Source of the DNA: Dickeya dadantii NCPPB 898
GTDB taxonomy: Bacteria > Pseudomonadota > Gammaproteobacteria > Enterobacterales > Enterobacteriaceae
DNA: 32,000 bases
Assembly (NCBI RefSeq): GCF_000406145.1
Contig: NZ_CM001976.1
Span: 1,298,629-1,330,628 of the forward strand
Reading direction: 5' to 3'
The notes beneath the pieces were generated by a model. The model was not told the origin of the DNA. It saw nothing but the letters and a program-made list of their open reading frames with translations, and made no database searches. A program made the translations under genes and the position numbers. Each line of letters begins with the position of its first letter. The stretch's first letter is position 1. Positions 1-7,090 of the stretch are shown here, in pieces.

Positions 1-285
1 GGTCGCTTTGCCGCTTTGCCGGAGCAGCCGCTGCATGATGTCGTCGTTCACCTGATTCATGGCGAGGAAGACCCGGTGATTACGGCGGATCACGCTCGTC
101 AGGCCGCGCAGAGTCTGCGTGCCCAGGGATCGGATTTCACGTTGGATCTGGTGCCGCAATTGGGGCATGCCATTGACGATCGCATGATGGATAACGCGCT
201 GGATCGGCTGCATCATTACATCCCGAAACGCTTCTGGGATGAGGCTGTGATGGGCGCGCGCGGCGAACTGGTGGCATTTCGTTAA
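1..285 (+). CDS. ypfH: Esterase YpfH-like alpha/beta hydrolase, C-terminal fragment; the 5' end lies outside the window
   Basis: The frame is open from base 1 to TAA at 283-285. The tail (...VVHLIHGEEDPVI...QLGHAIDD...) resembles the His-containing C-terminus of carboxylesterase-fold YpfH as I recall it. YpfH also neighbours ypfN and dapE in E. coli. Confidence 0.7.
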   Translation, partial: GRFAALPEQPLHDVVVHLIHGEEDPVITADHARQAAQSLRAQGSDFTLDLVPQLGHAIDDRMMDNALDRLHHYIPKRFWDEAVMGARGELVAFR

Positions 286-352
286 CCGGCTGGCATTGCG
301 CTAGCCGATTTAGTGCGTTTACCGTCGTCAGAGAAGGTCGCTATAACAAGAA

Positions 353-380
353 GGCCGGGTCGCCATTGGGTGGCCCGGCC
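353..380. terminator. Bidirectional stem-loop between convergent ypfH and ypfN
   Basis: GGCCGGG (353-359) pairs with CCCGGCC (374-380), and the inner bases extend the stem with G-C and G-U pairs around a 4-nt loop. It is followed by TCATGGTTTTC on the plus strand and TTCTTGTTAT on the minus strand. Confidence 0.5.
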
Positions 381-404
381 TCATGGTTTTCAGCGTGTGC
401 GGGG

Positions 405-593
405 TCAGGGCTTTTTCTGCGGCCAGTCGTCTTCGTCGTCCCACTGCGCATTATTGTCGCGGTGCGGCGGCAACGGCGGTTTGTCATGCAGAAAACGTTT
501 ATGGTCAAGGCGGCTCAGTTCCTTGATGCCGTTGATCAACATTCCCAGCAACACCAGCAGTATTACCCACCAGTAATCAGCCAGCCATCCCAT
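405..593 (-). CDS. ypfN: UPF0370 small membrane protein YpfN (62 aa)
   Basis: [40 protein letters not shown]...WDDEDDWP closely parallels my recollection of E. coli YpfN. The ATG at 593 is preceded by a GAGGAA Shine-Dalgarno sequence. Confidence 0.85.
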   Translation of the reverse strand: MGWLADYWWVILLVLLGMLINGIKELSRLDHKRFLHDKPPLPPHRDNNAQWDDEDDWPQKKP

Positions 594-632
594 GGTTGTT
601 CCTCATAATATAGATGTCCCATGTCAACGGGG

Positions 633-1307
633 TTATTGTGCCTCAACAGACAGTATAAAGCGCTGGAACAACATCGGCAGATTCGACTCCAGCCAGCTCC
701 GGCCGGCTATGTCTTCACCCTGCCAGGCTTGCAGAATGTGTTCCGGCGTTAGCTGAGCCATAGCGAGACGGGCCAGCGGCGCATAGCTGAGATGCCAGGG
801 TTCAATAGCCACACCGCCACTATCCTGTGCAAACGGCCGGTAAAAGCCGAAGGCGGCCATGTGTTGCGCCAGCCAGTCGCTGAGGTCGGCAAAGTAGCCG
901 CCTGGCTGATATTCCCACGGCTCTAGTTGCAGTTTTTGGCCGGCGGGTAAGCGGTCGGGATCGTAAATATCCAGATCGCTGCCCCAGTGATGACGGCTAC
1001 CGCCCGGCAGCGCCGACCAGCGTAGGATCGCCTCGCAACGAGCGCCTTCATCCAGCGCGAGCGCGTCTAGCGGCTGGCTGTGTTGATCTAGCAGCGGGCG
1101 CTGGCCGGTAAACTTGCCGTTCCAGATTTGCCGTTGGCGCTCAAAATCCCGAAATGTACTGGCCGGTTGCAGATTGAATCCATGCTGCCGTGCCGCCTGC
1201 TGCATGGCTGTAAACGCCTCAACTGCCTCGGGTTGCAGGCGGTGCGACCCGCTGAGCGTCACCAGATGGCGGTCGCTTTTGCCGGTCAGACAGGCGGAAG
1301 CGATCAT
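633..1307 (-). CDS. M15 family (VanY-like, LAS) zinc D-Ala-D-Ala / muropeptide carboxypeptidase, cytoplasmic (224 aa)
   Basis: Both zinc motifs are present: [10 protein letters not shown] (SxHxxGxAxD type) and EPWH (ExxH). No signal peptide is visible. I chose the ATG at 1307-1305 ([16 protein letters not shown]...) because it overlaps the dapE TGA as ATGA. The longer ORF-track start at 1376 would lie inside dapE. Confidence 0.8.
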   Translation of the reverse strand: MIASACLTGKSDRHLVTLSGSHRLQPEAVEAFTAMQQAARQHGFNLQPASTFRDFERQRQIWNGKFTGQRPLLDQHSQPLDALALDEGARCEAILRWSALPGGSRHHWGSDLDIYDPDRLPAGQKLQLEPWEYQPGGYFADLSDWLAQHMAAFGFYRPFAQDSGGVAIEPWHLSYAPLARLAMAQLTPEHILQAWQGEDIAGRSWLESNLPMLFQRFILSVEAQ

Positions 1308-2431
1308 GCGATCAATTGCTCCATAATGCGTTGATACATACGGCTCAGCAGTTGCAGGTCGGCGGCGCTGACGCACTCGTTCACTTTATGGATAGTCGCG
1401 TTAACCGGCCCCAGTTCCACCACCTGTGCGCCCATGCGGGCAATAAAGCGGCCATCCGAGGTTCCACCGGTAGTCAGGAGCTGTGGCGTGATTTCACTGT
1501 AGTGTTCAACGGCGTTGACCACCGCGTCCACCAGTTCGCCGCGGCTGGTCAGGAACGGATGACCGGACAGCCGCCATTCCAGCGTGTAGTTAAGCTGGTG
1601 GCGATCAAGCAGAGCTTTGACTTGCTGTTTAATTAGCTCATCGGTCAACTCAGTGCTGAAGCGGAAATTGAATTGCACGTCCAGATCGCCGGGTATGACG
1701 TTGTTGCTGCCGGTACCGGCATTGATGTTGGCTATCTGCATGCTGGTGGGTGGGAAGAATTCATTGCCCTGGTCCCAGACGGTCGCCACCAGTTCATTCA
1801 GCGCCGGTATGGCCCGATGCACCGGGTTGTCCGCCAGATGCGGGTAAGCAACGTGACCCTGAACGCCGTGAATCCGCAAATTAGCGGTGATAGAACCGCG
1901 CCGGCCGTTTTTCACTACATCACCGACCCGATCGGTACTGGACGGTTCGCCGACCAGACAGTAGTCCAGTCGTTCCTGGCGCGCCATCAGTGTTTCCACC
2001 ACTTTGACGGTGCCGTTGACGGCGCTGGACTCTTCGTCGGAGGTGATTAGAAACGCCAGTCGTCCTTGATGATTGGGGTGCGCGGCGACAAAACGCTCCG
2101 CCGCCACCACCATCGCCGCCAGCGAGCCTTTCATGTCCGCCGCGCCGCGGCCGTACAACATACCGTCTCGAATCGCAGGTTCGAACGGCGGGGTCTGCCA
2201 TTGGCTTTCATTACCAACAGGAACGACATCGGTGTGACCGGCAAACGCCAGTGTCTTTCCCTGACCGCGGCAGGCCCAGAAATTTTGGGTATCGTCGACA
2301 TCCAGCTTTTCGACGATGAAGCCGATGGCCTGCAGGCGTTCGATCATGAGCGCCTGGCAGCCGGCGTCATCCGGGCTGAGGGACGGGCGTTTGATGAGCT
2401 GCTGGGCCAGTTCAATTACCGGGCAAGACAT
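1304..2431 (-). CDS. dapE: Succinyl-diaminopimelate desuccinylase DapE (375 aa)
   Basis: From [26 protein letters not shown] the protein is near-colinear with E. coli DapE, with the same length. M20 motifs HTDVVP and GRGAADMKG are present. The start is set to the ATG at 2431, not the ORF-track start at 2500. Confidence 0.95.
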   Translation of the reverse strand: MSCPVIELAQQLIKRPSLSPDDAGCQALMIERLQAIGFIVEKLDVDDTQNFWACRGQGKTLAFAGHTDVVPVGNESQWQTPPFEPAIRDGMLYGRGAADMKGSLAAMVVAAERFVAAHPNHQGRLAFLITSDEESSAVNGTVKVVETLMARQERLDYCLVGEPSSTDRVGDVVKNGRRGSITANLRIHGVQGHVAYPHLADNPVHRAIPALNELVATVWDQGNEFFPPTSMQIANINAGTGSNNVIPGDLDVQFNFRFSTELTDELIKQQVKALLDRHQLNYTLEWRLSGHPFLTSRGELVDAVVNAVEHYSEITPQLLTTGGTSDGRFIARMGAQVVELGPVNATIHKVNECVSAADLQLLSRMYQRIMEQLIA

Positions 2432-2795
2432 GTGAGGTGTTCTCCGTAAAAAAGTACTGATAGCTGTCTTCGCTGAAACCGAGCAGGATTTTTCCGTCAT
2501 CGGCTACCAGCAACGGGCGTTTGATCAACGCGGGTTGTTCCAGCATAACAGCTTTTGCCGCCGCTTCGTTGACGAGGGTGTTACGGTACGCTTCTTCCAG
2601 CTTACGCCAGGTGGTGCCACGGGTATTCAGCAGCGGTTGCCAGCCCATGCGGTCGATAAAGAATTGCAGGCGTTCCCCTTCCAGCCCGTCGACCCGGTAG
2701 TCATGAAAACGGTAGTCAATCTGATGGTTTTCCAGCCAACGACGGGCCTTTTTTATGGTGTCGCAGTTCTTAATGCCGTACAGGATGATGGCCAT
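2412..2795 (-). CDS. yffB: ArsC-family reductase-like protein YffB (127 aa)
   Basis: [22 protein letters not shown]...[12 protein letters not shown]...[12 protein letters not shown] matches E. coli YffB as recalled. The 3' end overlaps the dapE start by 20 nt, consistent with a yffB-dapE operon. Confidence 0.9.
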   Translation of the reverse strand: MAIILYGIKNCDTIKKARRWLENHQIDYRFHDYRVDGLEGERLQFFIDRMGWQPLLNTRGTTWRKLEEAYRNTLVNEAAAKAVMLEQPALIKRPLLVADDGKILLGFSEDSYQYFFTENTSHVLPGN

Positions 2796-2957
2796 ATGTT
2801 TAAAATCCGTTATTTTTCATGTCATAAGGGAAAAAGCATACCGCATAAACACTGGATGCGGCAGAGTATTAAAATTATCTTAAGAAATCATGGGGTTGAG
2901 TTGGGTGACTATGTTGCGGAAATGCGAAAGAGAGCACATTTTTGCGCCCCAAAGTCT

Positions 2958-2986
2958 TTATCTAGGTCAAAAAAGAAGCGTATAAT
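2958..2986 (+). promoter_or_regulatory. Candidate sigma70 promoter for ypfM
   Basis: A perfect TATAAT lies at 2981-2986, 40 nt upstream of the ypfM ATG. The -35 is only weak (TTATCT at 2958-2963, 17-nt spacing). Confidence 0.3.
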
Positions 2987-3025
2987 AACCCCGTAAGACA
3001 ACAAAATCCCTAAGGAGCTACCATC

Positions 3026-3085
3026 ATGATCGAAGTCGAACTCAACAACTGGAAAAGCTTCATCGACGCAATGCTGCGTAAGTAA
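3026..3085 (+). CDS. ypfM: Small stress-induced protein YpfM (19 aa); too short for the supplied ORF track
   Basis: The ORF ATG..TAA encodes MIEVELNNWKSFIDAMLRK, against my recollection of E. coli YpfM as MIERELGNWKDFIEVMLRK. An AAGGAG Shine-Dalgarno sequence lies at 3012-3017, 8 nt upstream. The gene is divergent from yffB, as in E. coli. Confidence 0.8.
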   Translation: MIEVELNNWKSFIDAMLRK

Positions 3086-3160
3086 TTGCTGATGTATTTA
3101 GACTAGTACAATTTTATTTACTGTCATTAGTCACCAGGTACCTTATTGAGTGTCACCAAA

Positions 3161-3189
3161 GCAGCAACCCACGGGTTGCTGCTTTTTTT
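3161..3189 (+). terminator. Rho-independent terminator downstream of ypfM
   Basis: GCAGCAACCC-ACG-GGTTGCTGC forms a 9-10 bp GC-rich stem at 3161-3182, followed by TTTTTTT at 3183-3189. Confidence 0.8.
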
Positions 3190-3820
3190 ATGTGATTGGT
3201 GCGGGTTTTAATGGACTGATTTTTAAAAATTAATTTTCGCTTAAGGTGCGTGTGTTATTCATAAACTCCCCCGTTTTACCGCGTTTTTTTCTTCTCATTT
3301 TTGTGATGAGTCTCTCAATTTTTCGCTCATGTTTTTCGGTCCGCTGCCGGGGATGGCGGTGACTAAATGGGGAAGCCTGAGTAAATAAAAGAGGCTATTA
3401 TTTGCCTTCTCTATATCTGTACTCCCTGTGTACTGTTTGCCGTGGCTCGGCAATGATGCGGCAGAAAGCCTGACGGGATTTCGTCACGGTCCGCCAGGGG
3501 TTCTTTCACACTATTGATTGATACTTCATTGATTGATACTGCAGTGGGTAAGGCAGGCTTGATTCCCAGCCCATGCCGCCAGATAACCCCAGGCATTTCT
3601 GCATTGTTGTTTCGGATAACCAAAAAAAGTGGCTAACTGCGTGTAAGATGCCAAAGAATGTGGTTGTGGCTTATAAATATGCGGGGTGAATGGAGTCAGT
3701 TCGCTTTTTTATCATGTTTTATCACTTTTTGGTGATGTTCGGCTGGACAAATGCGCTGCTACTTGCTGTACTGTATTTGACACAGATTTTGTGTCGTTCA
3801 TTCATGTAAAGGTAAGTTTG

Positions 3821-4030
3821 ATGTCTAAGATTAAAGGTAGCGTTAAGTGGTTTAATGAGTCCAAAGGATTCGGTTTCATTACTCCGGAAGATGGCAGCAA
3901 GGACGTATTCGTTCACTTCTCTGCTATCCAGAGCAACGGTTTCAAAACCCTGGCTGAAGGTCAGCGCGTAGAGTTTGAAATCACCAGCGGCGCTAAAGGA
4001 CCTTCTGCTGCTAACGTTATCGCTATTTAA
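3821..4030 (+). CDS. cspE: Cold-shock-domain protein CspE (69 aa)
   Basis: [54 protein letters not shown]... is almost identical to E. coli CspE. RNP1 (KGFGFI) and RNP2 (VFVHF) are present. The ATG at 3821 is preceded by AAAGGTAAG. The in-frame upstream extension in the ORF track (3686) is not coding. Confidence 0.95.
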   Translation: MSKIKGSVKWFNESKGFGFITPEDGSKDVFVHFSAIQSNGFKTLAEGQRVEFEITSGAKGPSAANVIAI

Positions 4031-4046
4031 TTATACCGATTTCCTG

Positions 4047-4077
4047 AAAAACCCGCCTGATGGCGGGTTTTTATTTT
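4047..4077. terminator. Bidirectional rho-independent terminator between convergent cspE and crcB
   Basis: AAAA-ACCCGCC-TGAT-GGCGGGT-TTTTATTTT: a 7-bp GC stem at 4051-4068 with an A-tract on one side and a T-tract on the other. Confidence 0.8.
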
Positions 4078-4093
4078 GTATCTTTCCCAGCTT

Positions 4094-4477
4094 TCAGTGG
4101 GCGCTCAGCCAACTCACCAGCGCAAACGCCAGCGCCGTCATAATCAGCGAACCAAGCAGATTGAGCAGCAAATTAAACAGTGCCGCTGCCCATTCACCGC
4201 TCTGCAGCAAGGCAACCATTTCGTAGGAAAAGGTAGAGAACGTCGTCAAACCACCGCAAAAACCGGTCGTGAGCAACAGTTTCCAGTGTGGCGGGAGGTC
4301 GGGCTGACGCATGAAATAACTCATGGCCGCACCGATAATGAAGGCACCGATCAGGTTGGCCAGCAGTGTGCCGGCGGGAATCTGAGGAAATAACTTATTA
4401 AAGCGCACGCTGAGTTGCCAGCGTGCGACACTGCCAATCCCACCGCCGATAAAAACAGCAAGTAACGTACTATACAT
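4094..4477 (-). CDS. crcB: Fluoride ion channel CrcB/FluC (127 aa)
   Basis: [20 protein letters not shown]...[15 protein letters not shown] has the same length and motifs as E. coli CrcB. The ATG at 4477 is preceded by AAGGTG. The ORF-track start at 4495 is a TTG with no Shine-Dalgarno sequence. A fluoride riboswitch lies upstream. Confidence 0.9.
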   Translation of the reverse strand: MYSTLLAVFIGGGIGSVARWQLSVRFNKLFPQIPAGTLLANLIGAFIIGAAMSYFMRQPDLPPHWKLLLTTGFCGGLTTFSTFSYEMVALLQSGEWAAALFNLLLNLLGSLIMTALAFALVSWLSAH

Positions 4478-4539
4478 AGTCACCTTTTCATTCAAGGGTA
4501 AGTTGGGCTAATCTCGAAAGGGCACGCCCGATTGAGGGA

Positions 4540-4592
4540 CTCGCAGACATCATCAGCCGGAAGGGCGGTTATGGAGGAATGTCATCTCCGTT
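4540..4592 (-). promoter_or_regulatory. Fluoride riboswitch (crcB RNA motif) in the crcB 5' leader
   Basis: The minus strand from 4589 to 4543 reads GGAGAUGACAUUCCUCCAUAACCGCCCUUCCGGCUGAUGAUGUCUGC. It contains the conserved GAUG..AUUC..CC..AACCGCC..GCUGAUGAU core, a P1 stem (GGAG/CUCC), a P3 stem (GCC/GGC) and a pseudoknot (GACAU/AUGUC). A candidate -10 (TAAACT, 4610-4605) lies just upstream. The aptamer ends ~65 nt before the crcB ATG. Confidence 0.85.
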
Positions 4593-4686
4593 ACTGGCTA
4601 GTAAAGTTTACCTGCATGCCGATGTTTTTTGTAGCCGTGGCAGTTTTACCAAATGTATCCGCCCGTTAGGAATGAAGGAGCCTGAT

Positions 4687-5475
4687 ATGAAAGTGGCGCT
4701 CGGTCAGTTTGCCGTGCAACGACTGTGGCAGGATAACGCCCAAATCTGCATAACATTAATGGCCCAGGCGGTCTCGGCCGGAGCTGACCTGCTGGTGCTG
4801 CCGGAGGCGGTGTTGGCGCGAGATAATACGGATCCGGAATGGGGCGTTGGGTGCGCCCAGCCGATCACCGGCCCGTTTGTCAGCCAGTTGCTGATTGCCA
4901 GCCAGTCGCTGGATATTTGCGTGGTGTTTACCCTGCATACGCCGGCGGCGGATGGGCGTGTGCATAATACGCTGCTGGTTATCCGGCGGGGCGAAGTGTT
5001 GGTTCATTATCACAAGCTGCACTTGTATGACGCCTTTACGGTACAGGAGTCCCGACGGGTGACGCCGGGAACGTCGCTGCCGCCGGTGGTGGAGGTGGCG
5101 GGAATGCGCGTTGGGCTGATGGTGTGCTACGACATCCGTTTCGCCGAGATGGCGCGCCAACTGGCGGTGAACGGCGCCGATGTGCTAGTGGTGCCGGCTG
5201 CCTGGGTAAAAGGCCCGCAGAAGGAAGCGCACTGGGAATTGCTGGCCCGAGCCAGAGCGCTGGAGAATACCTGTTATCTGGTGGCGACAGGGGAGTGTAG
5301 CGACAGGAATATCGGCAATAGCATGGTGGTGGACCCGATGGGCGTGGTCATCGCTCAGGCCGCTGAACAACCGGAATTGCTGCTGGCGGAGCTGAAGCTG
5401 GAGCGTATTCAAGCCGTTCGTCGCCAGTTACCTGTTCTGCATCACAATCGTTTTAAGCCGCCTGTACTACGATAA
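4687..5475 (+). CDS. ybeM: C-N hydrolase (nitrilase superfamily) YbeM-like deaminated-glutathione amidase (262 aa)
   Basis: MKVALGQFAV... carries the Glu-Lys-Cys triad contexts (LPE, KLHLYD, MVCYDIRF) and is colinear with intact E. coli YbeM as recalled. The ATG at 4687 has an AAGGAG Shine-Dalgarno sequence 8 nt upstream. The ORF-track start at 4579 would run through the riboswitch region. Confidence 0.85.
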   Translation: MKVALGQFAVQRLWQDNAQICITLMAQAVSAGADLLVLPEAVLARDNTDPEWGVGCAQPITGPFVSQLLIASQSLDICVVFTLHTPAADGRVHNTLLVIRRGEVLVHYHKLHLYDAFTVQESRRVTPGTSLPPVVEVAGMRVGLMVCYDIRFAEMARQLAVNGADVLVVPAAWVKGPQKEAHWELLARARALENTCYLVATGECSDRNIGNSMVVDPMGVVIAQAAEQPELLLAELKLERIQAVRRQLPVLHHNRFKPPVLR

Positions 5476-5629
5476 CAGCAAGGCATCACATGCCGGATAA
5501 AAAACAGCGACTGACGATGGACGTCTTACTTTGTTACAGATGACCATTGCCTTATCCGGTGTATCGATTTAAAAAAGAGCGATGTAAAGCGCGCTGGCTT
5601 TTCCAGCTCACATCATCAGGTAGGTATGT

Positions 5630-5839
5630 ATGGAAGGTATCAGTATTGCCAAGCTCTTAGTGATTGGCGCCTTGATTGTTCTGCTGTTCGGCACCAATAA
5701 ACTGCGCAGTCTGGGCAGCGATCTGGGCGCCGCTATCAAAGGCTTCAAGAAATCCATGAGCGATGAGCAGCCGGCGGCAAAATCTTCCGCTCAGGATGAA
5801 CACCCAGCCGCTATCAGCGAAAATCGTCCTAAAGAATAA
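5630..5839 (+). CDS. tatE: Twin-arginine translocase subunit TatE (TatA paralogue, 69 aa)
   Basis: [43 protein letters not shown] matches the TatA/E family signature and the E. coli gene order ybeM-tatE-lipA. Confidence 0.9.
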   Translation: MEGISIAKLLVIGALIVLLFGTNKLRSLGSDLGAAIKGFKKSMSDEQPAAKSSAQDEHPAAISENRPKE

Positions 5840-5861
5840 GCATAAGCGCTGAAAGACTCCA

Positions 5862-5898
5862 AAATAAAAAAGCGGAGGGCTTTGCCATCCGCTTTTTG
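5862..5898. terminator. Bidirectional terminator between convergent tatE and lipA
   Basis: AAAATAAAAA-AGCGGAgGGC-TTT-GCCaTCCGCT-TTTTTG: the stem spans 5871-5893 with one mismatch and is flanked by an A-tract and a T-tract. Confidence 0.7.
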
Positions 5899-5944
5899 TC
5901 TTACCTGTGTCATTATGTAAGGAGATGTTGCGGGTAGTAGCCCG

Positions 5945-6910
5945 TTATTTCACCTCAATCCCTTTGGCCTGCAGGTCGGCGTGGTAGGATGAACGGACGA
6001 ACGGACCACAGGCGGCGTGGGTAAAGCCCATTGCCAGCGCTTCCGCCTTCATTTCCTCGAACTCTTCCGGCGGCACATAACGTTGCACCGGCAGATGGTG
6101 ACGGCTTGGTTGCAGATATTGGCCCAGCGTCAGCATGGTCACGCCGTGGCGGCGCAGATCGCGCATCACATCCAGAATTTCATCATTGGTCTCGCCCAGA
6201 CCCACCATCAGACCGGACTTGGTCGGGATATTAGGATGCGAGTCTTTGAAATTTTCCAGCAGCTTCAGCGACCATTCGTAATTGGCGCCCGGACGTACCT
6301 GACGGTAGAGGCGCGGCACGTTTTCCAGGTTATGGTTAAATACGTCTGGCGGCGTGACGGTCAGAATATCCAACGCCCGATCCATACGACCACGGAAATC
6401 CGGCACCAGTGTTTCAATGCGGATGTTCGGGCTTTTGCGGCGAATGGCGCTGATGCAGTCGGCAAAATGCTGAGCGCCGCCGTCGCGCAAGTCGTCGCGG
6501 TCAACCGAGGTGATCACCACATAGCGCAGCCCCATATCGTGAATGGTCTGAGCCAGTTTTTCCGGCTCGTTGGCATCCGGGGTCAGCGGGCGGCCGTGGG
6601 CGACATCGCAGAATGGGCAGCGGCGGGTACAGATGGCGCCGAGGATCATGAACGTAGCGGTGCCATGATTGAAACACTCCGCCAGGTTAGGGCAGGATGC
6701 CTCTTCGCAAACCGAGTGCAGACCATTACGGCGCATGGCGTCCTTGATGCCCTGAATTCGGCTGGAGTCCGCAGGTAATTTGATTTTCATCCATTCCGGT
6801 TTGCGGAGCATTTCCTGACGCTCAGTGACGACGGTACGTACCGGGATCAGGGCCATTTTGTCTGCATCGCGGTATTTGACGCCACGTTCGATCTGAATCG
6901 GTTTACTCAT
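5945..6910 (-). CDS. lipA: Lipoyl synthase LipA (321 aa)
   Basis: Radical-SAM CTRRCPFC and auxiliary-cluster [12 protein letters not shown] motifs are present. The protein is full-length colinear with E. coli LipA. Confidence 0.97.
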   Translation of the reverse strand: MSKPIQIERGVKYRDADKMALIPVRTVVTERQEMLRKPEWMKIKLPADSSRIQGIKDAMRRNGLHSVCEEASCPNLAECFNHGTATFMILGAICTRRCPFCDVAHGRPLTPDANEPEKLAQTIHDMGLRYVVITSVDRDDLRDGGAQHFADCISAIRRKSPNIRIETLVPDFRGRMDRALDILTVTPPDVFNHNLENVPRLYRQVRPGANYEWSLKLLENFKDSHPNIPTKSGLMVGLGETNDEILDVMRDLRRHGVTMLTLGQYLQPSRHHLPVQRYVPPEEFEEMKAEALAMGFTHAACGPFVRSSYHADLQAKGIEVK

Positions 6911-7007
6911 GTTTGCGTAATTTCCAGTTCTGAATCGCTGTTATGAATTTATATAAAATTCATTGGATTACGTGAGTTGTTAAACTTTTTTTTAAAAAGC
7001 TCACAAA

Positions 7008-7016
7008 ATTATATCA
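7008..7016 (-). promoter_or_regulatory. Candidate extended -10 promoter for lipA
   Basis: The minus strand reads TGATATAAT (TGn + perfect TATAAT) about 100 nt upstream of the lipA ATG. No good -35 is present. Confidence 0.35.
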
Positions 7017-7090
7017 TCTTTGCCCGTCGGCGAGCAGCCATTGAGGGACAAAATACGGAAATAATGTAAATAAAATGTAATTTAATGACG

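Noticed and set aside
313-608. 87-aa and 80-aa plus-strand ORFs overlapping ypfN.
   Set aside because: They run through the ypfH/ypfN terminator hairpin and are antisense to the well-conserved ypfN. One starts at GTG and the other at TTG, and neither has a Shine-Dalgarno sequence.
2432-2500. N-terminal extensions offered by the ORF track. Examples are dapE to 2500, M15 to 1376, cspE from 3686, crcB to 4495, ybeM from 4579, lipB to 7855, ybeD to 8223, rodA to 12113, rsfS to 14830, lnt to 25797, corC to 26566, ybeZ to 28214 and ubiF from 29966.
   Set aside because: The orthologue N-termini align to internal start codons that have better Shine-Dalgarno sequences. Several of the extensions begin at TTG or GTG and overlap the upstream gene.
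2841-2861. A CCGCAT-N9-ATGCGG hairpin in the yffB-dapE leader, considered as a possible attenuator.
   Set aside because: On the minus strand the U-run starts 5 nt after the stem (UAUGCUUUUU), so it is not a canonical intrinsic terminator. No leader peptide or alternative pairing is evident.
3252-3362. A 36-codon hydrophobic ORF (GTG start; MLFINSPVLPRFFLLIFVMSLSIFRSCFSVRCRGWR) that could pass for a type I toxin-like small membrane peptide.
   Set aside because: The hydrophobicity is explained by the T-rich DNA. The AAGGTG lies only 3 nt from the GTG. There is no cognate antisense RNA signature and no terminator. The evidence is insufficient without conservation or Ribo-seq data.
3411-3623. 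A 70-aa minus-strand ORF in the orphan spacer (TTG start).
   Set aside because: It has no Shine-Dalgarno sequence at either the TTG or the internal ATG. No motif is recognisable, and its SINEVSINS repeat is just the translation of the 13-bp DNA direct repeat. I treat the region as non-coding.
3777-3805. A perfect TTGACA at 3777-3782, considered as the cspE -35 element.
   Set aside because: The best -10 at 16-18 nt spacing (CATTCA, ATTCAT or TTCATT) is poor. The implied transcription start would fall inside the cspE Shine-Dalgarno sequence, leaving a leader of about 9 nt. I do not call it.
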